A program made the translations under genes and the position numbers. From assembly GCF_009914755.1 (NCBI RefSeq), contig NC_060944.1: a stretch of 64,000 nucleotides of DNA; one strand, 5' to 3'. Source of the stretch: the human T2T-CHM13v2.0 reference genome, Homo sapiens. Positions 56,401 to 64,000 of this stretch are shown here, in pieces; position 1 is the first letter of the stretch; each line of letters begins with the position of its first letter. Below the pieces are notes generated by a model. It did not search any database and had not been told where the DNA came from. It worked only from the letters and a program-made list of their open reading frames with translations.

Positions 56401-58099
56401 GAATGGAATGCAATGGAATGAAATGGAATGGAATCAACCAAAGTGGAATGGAAGGGAATGGAATAGAAAGGAAGCGAATGGAAAGGAATGCAATGGAGTC
56501 AACCCAAATGGAATCGAATGCAATGGAATGCAATGGAATTTAATGAAATGGAATGGAATGGAATGGAATGAGATGGGATGGAACGGAATTAAACCGAGTT
56601 TAGTGGAATGGAATTGAATGAAATGGAATGGAATAAATTGGAATGGAATGGAATGCAATGCCATGGAACGGAATCAACCCGTGTGGAATGGAATGGAATG
56701 GAATGGCATGGAATTGCATGGAAAGCAATTGAATGGAATGGAATCAACCAGAGTGCAATGGAGTTGAATGGAATGTAATGGAATGGAATCAACCCTAGTG
56801 GAATGGAATGGAATGGAATGGAATCAACCCGAGTGAAATGGAATGGAAAGTTATGGAATGGAATGGAATGCAATGGAATGGAATGGAATGGAATGGAATG
56901 GAATGGAATGCAATGGAATGGAATGGAATGGAATGGAATGGAATGCAATGGAATGGAATGGAATGGAATGGAATGGAATGGAATTAACCCGAGTAGAATG
57001 GCATGGAATGGAGTGGAATGGAATGGAATGCATTTCAATTGAATGGAATGGAATGGAATCAACGCGAGTGGAATGCAATGGAATGGAATGGAAGGGAATG
57101 GAATGCAATGGAATCAACCCGAGTGGAATGGAATGGAGTGGAATGGAATGGAATGGCTAGGAACGGAATGGAATGGAGTGGAATGGAATGGAGTGGAATA
57201 GAATGGAATTCAATGGATAGGTATGGAAGGGAATGGAGTGGAATGGAATGGCATGGAAGAGAATGGAATGGAATGGAAAGGAATCAAGCCAAGTGGAATC
57301 AAAAGGAATGGAATGGAATTAAATGGAATGGAATGGAATTGACTAAACCCTATTGGAATGCAATGGAATGGAACGGAATGAAATTGAATGGAAAGGAATG
57401 GAATGGAATCAAAGCGATGGGAAAGGAATGCAATGGAATGGAATGGAATGGAATCCACCCGAGTGAAATGGAATGGAATGGAGTGGAGTGGAATCAACCC
57501 AAGAGGAATGGAATCGAATTGAATGGAATAGAATGGAAAGGAAAGGAATAGAAAGGAATGGAATGGAATCAAACCGAGTGGAATGGAATGGAATGGAAGG
57601 ATTCGAATGGAAAGGAATGAAATGCAATGAAATCAAAGAGTGCAATGGAATGGAATGGAATAGAATGCGATGGAATAGAATGGAATGGACTAGATTGGAT
57701 TCAATCTGAGTGGAATCGAAAGGAATGGAATGGTATGGAAAGGAATGGAATTCAATGGAATGGAATGGAAAGGAATGGAATAGAATCAAGGAGAGTGGAA
57801 TGGAATGGAATGGAACGGAATAGAATGGGAAGGAATGGAATCAACTAGAATGGAAAGGAATGGAATGGAATGGAACGCAGTGGAATTGGAATGGAATGGA
57901 ATCAACCCGTGTGGAATGTAATGCAAAGGAATGGAATGGAATGGAATGGAATGGAATCAACAAAAGTGGAATGGAAGGGAATGGAATAGAATGGAATGGA
58001 ATGGAATGCAAAGTAATGGAGTCAACCCAAATGGAATCGAATGGAATGGAATGCAATGGAATGGAATGGAATGGAATGGAATGGAATTGAATGGAATGG

Positions 58100-58300
58100 A
58101 ATCAAACCGAGGGGAAGGTAATGGAATTGAATGGAATGGAAAGTTATAAATTCTAATGGAAAGAAATGGAATGGAATGGAATGGAATGGAATGGAATGGA
58201 ATAGAATGAAATGGAATGGAATCAAACCGAGCGGAGGGGATTGGAATTGAATGGAATGAATGTTATAAGTTCTAATGGAAAGAAATGGAATGGAATGGAA
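58100..58300 (+). repeat. Diverged local tandem duplication, ~120 bp unit
   Basis: CAAACCGAG...GTTATAA(A/G)TTCTAATGGAAAGAAATGG at ~58103-58170 and ~58223-58290. Confidence 0.8.
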
Positions 58301-59259
58301 TGGAACGGAATGGAGTGGAATGGAATGGAATGGAATGGAATGGAATGGAATCAACCACAGTGGAATGGATTTGAATGGAATGGAATGGAATGGAATGGAA
58401 TGCAATGGAATGGAATGGAATGGAATGCAATGGAATGGAATGCAATGGAATGGAATGCAATGGAATGGAATGGAATGGAATGGAATCAACCCGAGTGGAA
58501 TGGAATTGAAGGGATTGGAATGGAATGTAATGAACCCGAGTGGAAAGGAATGGAATGGAATTGAATGGAATTAACCCGAGTGAAATGGAATGGAAAGGAA
58601 CGGAATGGAATTTAATAGAATGGAATGGAATTCAATGGAATGGAAACACCTTGAGTGGAATGGAATGAAATGGAATGCAATGGAAAGCAATGGAATTGAA
58701 TGGAATCAACCAGAGTTGAATGGAATTGAATGGAATGGAATGGAAGGGAATCAACCCAAATGGAATGGAATGTAATGGAATTGAATGGAATTACCGTCAG
58801 TGAAATGGCATGGAATCGAACGGAATAGAATTTAATGGAATGGAATGCAATGGAATTGAATCAACCCGAGTGGAATGGAATGGAATGGAGTGGAATGGAA
58901 TGCAATGGAATGGAACCAATAAGAGTGGAATGGATTGGAATGGAATAGAATGGAATGAAAGGGAATGGAATCAACCCGAGTGGAATGGAATGGAATGGAA
59001 TGGAATGGAAAGGAATACACCAGAGTGGAATGGAATAGAATGGAATGAAATGGAATGGAATCAACCCCTGTGGAATGGAAAGGAATGGAATGCAATGATA
59101 TGGAATGGAATGGAATGGCATGGAATGAAATGGAATGGCATGGAATGAAATGGAATAGAATGGAATCGAATGGATTGGAATCAAATGGAGAGAATGGAAT
59201 GGAATGGAATGGAATGGAATGGAATGGAAAGGAATGGAATGGAATGGAAAGGAATGGAA

Positions 59260-60620
59260 TGGAATGAAATCAACCCGAGTGGAATGGAATGGAATAGAAT
59301 GGGATGGAATTGAATGGAATGGAGTGGATTGCAATCAATCTGAGTGGAATGGAAAGGAATGGAATTGAAGAGAATAGAATGGAATGGAATGGAATGGAAT
59401 GGAATGGAATGGAATGAAATGGAATCAACACAAGTGGAATGGAATGGATTGGAAAGGAATGGAATGGAATGAAATGGAATCAACCCAAGTGGAATGGAAT
59501 GGATTGGAAAGGAATGGAATGGAATGGAACAAATAAGAGTGGAATGGATTCGAATGGAATGAAATGGAAAGAAACGAAATGGAATCAACACGAGTGTAAT
59601 GGAAAGGAGTGGAATGTAATGGAATGGAGTCCACCAGAGTGGAATGGAATGGAATGGAATGGAATGGAATGGAATGGAATGGAATAGAATGGAATGGAAT
59701 GGAGTGGAATCAACCCAAGTGGAATGGAATGGAATGGAATGAAATGGAATGGAATTTAATGGATTGGAATCAAACAGAGTGGAATGGAATGGAATGGAAT
59801 GGAATGGAATGCAACGGAACAGAATGAAATCAAACCGAGTGGAATGGAATGGAATGGAATGGCATGTAATAGGATGGAATGGAGTGGACTAGAATCAATC
59901 TGAGTGGAATGGAAAGGAATGGAAAGGAATGGAATGGAATGGAATAGAATGGAATGGAATGGAATGGAATGAAATCAACCCGAGTGGAATGGAATGGAAT
60001 AGAATGGGATGGAATTGAATGGAATGGAGTGGATTGGAATCAATCAGAGTGGAATGGAAAGGAATGGAATTGAAGAGAATGGAATGGAATGGAATGGAAA
60101 GAAATGGAATGGAATGGAATGCAATGGAATGCAATGGAATGGAAAGGAATGCAGGGACACGGAATGGAATGGAGTCAACTGGAATGGAAGGGAATGGAAT
60201 GGATTAGAATGGAATCAACACTACTGGAATGAAATGGAAAGGAACGGAATGGAAATGAATGGAATGGAAAGGAACTGAATGTAATGGAATGGAATGGAGT
60301 GGAATGGAATCAATGTGAGTGTAAAGGAATGGAACAAATGAGAGTGGAATGGATTGGAATGGAATGAAATGGAAAGAAACGAAATGGAATCAACATGAGT
60401 GGAATGGAAAGGAATGGAATGGAATGGAATGGAATCCACCAGAGTGGAATGGAATGGAATGGAATGGAATGGAATGGAATGGAGTGGAATCAACCCAAGT
60501 GGAATGGAAAGGAATGGAATGGAATGGAATGGAATGGAATGGAATGGAATTTAATGGATTGGAATCAAACCGAGTGGAATGGAATGGAATGGAATGGAAT
60601 GGAATGGAATGGAATGCAAT
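59260..60620 (+). repeat. Diverged local duplication, ~0.7-0.8 kb offset
   Basis: AGAATGGGATGGAATTGAATGG ~59296/60001, AACAAAT(A/G)AGAGT ~59528/60333, GAAAGAAACGAAATGG ~59567/60372, TTTAATGGATTGGAATCAAAC ~59755/60550. Confidence 0.75.
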
Positions 60621-63600
60621 GGAATATAATAGAATGAACCAGAGTGGAATGGAGTGGAATGCACCGGAATGGAATGGAATGGAATAAACCCACTTAGAAT
60701 GCAATGGAAGGGAATATAATCGAATGGAATTTAATGGCATTGAATGGGATCAACACCAGTGGAATGGAATGGAATGGAATAGATTGGAATGGAATGGAAC
60801 CCACCCGAGAGGAAAGTAATGCAAAGGAATGGAATGGAGTGGAATCAACTCGAGTCGAATGGAATGGTATGGAATGAAATGGAATGTAATGGAATGGTAT
60901 GGAATGGAATAGAATGGAATGGAAAGGAAAGGAATGCCATGGAATCAAAACGAGTGGGATGGAATGGAATGAAAAGGAAAGGAATGGAATTCATTAGAAT
61001 CAACCCGAGTGGAATGGAATGGAAAGGAATTGAATGGAATGGAATGGAATGGAATCCGATCAAGTGTAAAGGAATGGAAAGGAATGGAATGGAATGGAAT
61101 GGAATAAATTCGATTGGAATGGGATGGAATGCAATGTAATATGATGGAAAGGAATGGAATACACACGAATGGAATGACAAGGAATGGAATGTAATGGAAT
61201 GGTACGGATTGGAATGGAGTCAACACAAGTGGAATGGAAAGGAATGGAATGGAATGGAATGGAATGGAATGGAATGGAATTGAATGGAATTGATTGGAAT
61301 CAACCCGCATGTAATGCACAGGATTCGAATAGAAAGGAATGAACCTGAGGGGAATGGAATGGAATGGAAAGGAAGGGAACGGAATGGAATGGAGTGGAAT
61401 GGAATGGGATGGAACGGAATGAACCGTAGTGGAATGGAATGGAATGGAATGGAATGGAATGGAATGGAATGGAACGGAATCAACATGAGTGGAATGGAAT
61501 GTAATGGAATGGAATCAAACTGAGAGGAATGGAATGGAATGCAATGAAATGGTATGGAATTGCTGGAATGGAATGGAATGGACTCAAAACGAGTGGAATG
61601 GAATGGAATGGAAATCAATGGAATGGATTGGAATGGAAACAACCCGAGTGGAATGGAATGGAATGCAATGGAATGGTATGGAATTGAATGGAATGGAATG
61701 GAATGCAATGGAATGGAATGGAATCAAAACGAATGGAATGGAATGGAATGGATTGGAATAGATTGGAATCCAACAAAGTGGAATATAATGCAATGGAATG
61801 GAATGGAATGGTATGGAATGCAATGGCATAGCATGGAATGGAATGGAATAGAGTGCAACGGAATGAAATGGAATGGAATTGAATGGAATGGATTCGAATG
61901 CGTTCGAATGGAATCGAATGGAAACAAGTGGAATGGAAAGGAATGGAATGGAATGGAATCAATTTGATTGCAATGGAATGGAATGGAATGCAATGGAATG
62001 TACTGGAAAGGAATGCAATGGAATGGAATGAATCAACAAAAGTGGAATGGAAGGGAATGGAAAAGAAAGGAAGGGAAAGGAATGGAATGCAATGGAGTCA
62101 AACTAAATGGAATCGAATTGAATGGAATGCAATGGAATAGACTGAAATGGAACGGAATCGAATGGAATGGGATGGGATGGAATGGAATTACACCGAGTGG
62201 AGCGGAATGGAATTGAATGGAATGGAATGGAATAATTTGGAATGGAATGGAATGCAATGGAATGGAATCAACCCGTATGGAATGGAATGGAATGGAATGG
62301 AGTGGAAATCAATTGAATGGAATGGAATCAACCAGAGTGGAATGGAATTGAATAGAATGGAATGGAATGGAATCAACCCGAGTGCAATAGAATGGAATGG
62401 AAACAACTCGAGTGAAATGGAATGGAAAGCTACGGAATGGAATGATTTGGAATCAAACATAGTGGAATGGAATGGAATGGAATGGAATGGAATGGAATGG
62501 AATGAAACCAACCCGAGTGGAATGGAATGCAATGGAATGGAATGGGATGGAATAGGATGGAATAGAATGGAATAGAGTGCATTAGAATCGATCTGAATGG
62601 AATGGAAAGGAATGGAAAGGAATGGAATTGAATGGAATGGAATGGAATGGAATGGAATAGAATCAACCATAGTGGAATGGAGTGGAATTGACCGGAATGG
62701 AATGGAATGGAATGGAATAAACCCGAGTAGAATGCAATGGAAGGGAATGGAACCAAATGGAATGGAATGGCATTGAATGGGACCAACACGAGTGGAATGG
62801 AATGGAATGGATAGGAATTGAATGGAATCCACCAGAGTGGAATATAATGGAAAAGAATGGAATGTAGTGGAATCAACACGAGTGGGATGGAATCGTATAG
62901 ATTGAAATGGAATGGAATGGTATGGAATGGAATGGAATGGAATGCAATGGAAAGGAAAGGAATGCAATGGAATCAAAACGAGTGGAATGGAATGGAATGG
63001 AAAAGAATGGAATGGAATTCAATAGGATCAACCAGAGTGGAATGCAATGGAAAGGAATTGAATGCAATGGAATGGAATGGAATGGAATCCAATCCCGTGT
63101 AAAGGAATGTAATGGAATGGAAGGGAATGGAAGGAAATGGAATGGAATGGAATGGAATGGAATGGAATGAAAAAAATTCGAGTGGAATGGAATGGAATGC
63201 AATTTAATATAATGGAAATCAATGGAATGCACCCGAATTTAATGAAAAGGAATGCAATGGAATGGAATAGAATGGAATGGAATGGAATGGAATGGAATGG
63301 AATGGAATGGAATGGAATGGAATGGAATGGAATGGATTGGAATGGAAGCAACCCGAGTGGAATGGAAAGGAATGGAATGGAATGGAATAAAATGGAATGG
63401 AACGGAACGGAACGGAACGGAATGGAATGGAATGGAATGGAATGGAATGGAATGGAAAGGAATGGAATTAACGCGAGTGTAATGGAATGGAATGGAATGC
63501 AATGGAATTGAATGGAATCCACATGAGTGGAATGTAATAGAATGGAATGGAATGGAATGGAATGGAATGAAATGGATTGGAATCAACCTACATGGAATGT

Positions 63601-64000
63601 AGTGGATTCGAATGGAATGGAATCAACACGAGAGGAATGGAATGGAATGGAATGGAATGGAATGGAATGGAATGGAATGGAATGGAATGGAGTGGAATGG
63701 AATGGGACGGAAAGGAATGGAATGGAATGGAATGGAATGGAAAGGAATGGAATGGAATCAATGCGAGTGTAATGCAATGGAACGGAATGGAATGGAGTGG
63801 AATGGAATGGAATGAAAAGGAATGGAATCATTGCAAGTGTAATGGAATGGAATGGAATGGAATGGAATGGAATGGAATGGAATGGAATGGAATGGAATGC
63901 AATGGAATGGACTGGAATGGAATCAACCCGTGTGGAATGTAATGCAAAGGAATGGAATGGAATGGAATGGAATGGAATCAACAAAAGTGTAATGGAAGTG

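Larger units (their letters stand above)
1..64000 (+). repeat. Satellite III (HSat3) array, (GGAAT)n with interspersed CAACCCGAGT-type decamers; pericentromeric or acrocentric-type heterochromatin of human/great ape
   Basis: GGAAT pentamers run end to end in one orientation. CAACCCGAGT recurs (e.g. 1591, 1931) with variants CAACCAGAGT, CAACACGAGT, CAAACCGAGT, CAACCTGAGT and CAACCCAAGT. This matches the classical Satellite 3 definition (ATTCC runs plus the A(C/T)TCGGGTTG decamer). The array runs off both window edges. Subfamily and chromosome cannot be assigned by eye. Confidence 0.98.
55790..64000 (+). repeat. More diverged HSat3 layer (same module vocabulary, many private substitutions)
   Basis: Many words not noticed earlier in the window: CAACCTTAAG, TCAGTTAGATT, GACTAAACCCTATT, GTTATAAATTCTAA, TTACCGTCAG, CCCACTTAG, AATCGTATAG. 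Degenerate versions of earlier modules are present, e.g. 62570-63250 resembles 20380-21050. Confidence 0.7.

Noticed and set aside
270-63984. Hundreds of ORFs in the supplied track (MEWNG- and IPFHS-rich)
   Set aside because: They overlap in all six frames and are the arithmetic translation of a stop-free pentamer. There is no domain, no frame preference and no gene structure. Database proteins with such sequences are likely to be spurious predictions.
1-64000. CRISPR-like alternation of constant and variable segments
   Set aside because: There is no fixed-length repeat, the 'spacers' are recurring variants of one decamer rather than unique sequences, and there are no cas genes or leader.
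1-64000. Satellite II (HSat2)
   Set aside because: HSat2 is dominated by diverged CATTCGATTC/GATGATTC-type words in ~23-26 bp units. Here long perfect GGAAT tracts and CAACCCGAGT dominate.
1-64000. Assignment to Y-chromosome DYZ1 (~3.6 kb unit) or a regular ~1.8 kb HSat3 unit
   Set aside because: There is no homogeneous period of either size across the window. The 3.1-3.6 kb spacing at 31.7-41 kb is local and irregular. Chromosome assignment needs a database comparison.
1-64000. Alpha satellite, CENP-B boxes, telomeric repeats, Alu/L1/ERV insertions
   Set aside because: I saw no 171 bp monomer, no TTAGGG tracts, no poly-A tail or target-site duplication, and no non-satellite stretch longer than ~30 bp.
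1-64000. Strand inversion or large palindrome
   Set aside because: I found no CATTC/ATTCC tract on the + strand; polarity is uniform throughout.
1-64000. Canonical heat-shock elements (nGAAnnTTCn)
   Set aside because: nGAAn units here are almost all head-to-tail direct repeats. Only isolated GAAnnTTC-like words occur, so no discrete element is called.
1-64000. A previously undescribed gene or defence system
   Set aside because: The window has no coding or structured-RNA content. The novelty I can support is limited to repeat architecture and mutation pattern.

Overview
The whole 64 kb window is one uninterrupted Satellite III-type (HSat3) array from human or another great ape. It consists of (GGAAT)n on the + strand, interrupted every few tens to about 100 bp by the diagnostic CAACCCGAGT decamer or its variants. 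I see no credible gene, RNA gene, transposable element, CRISPR array or strand inversion. All listed ORFs are the automatic translation of the pentamer (poly-MEWNG on +, poly-IPFHS on -). I cannot support a new gene system here. The information is in the repeat architecture. Rare landmark motifs show a patchwork of recurring 0.1-0.5 kb modules with several features: a near-identical ~5.53 kb repeat at the left edge that looks like a chimera of two distant segments; older ~7 kb, ~5 kb and ~3.2 kb periodicities; a long-range re-use of 12-24 kb sequence at 43.6-53.4 kb with permuted order; several local tandem duplications (50-800 bp); an almost strictly one-directional (-1) drift of the 5-bp register; and a switch to a more diverged layer at ~55.8 kb. 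All alignments were made by eye, so boundaries are approximate (tens of bp).
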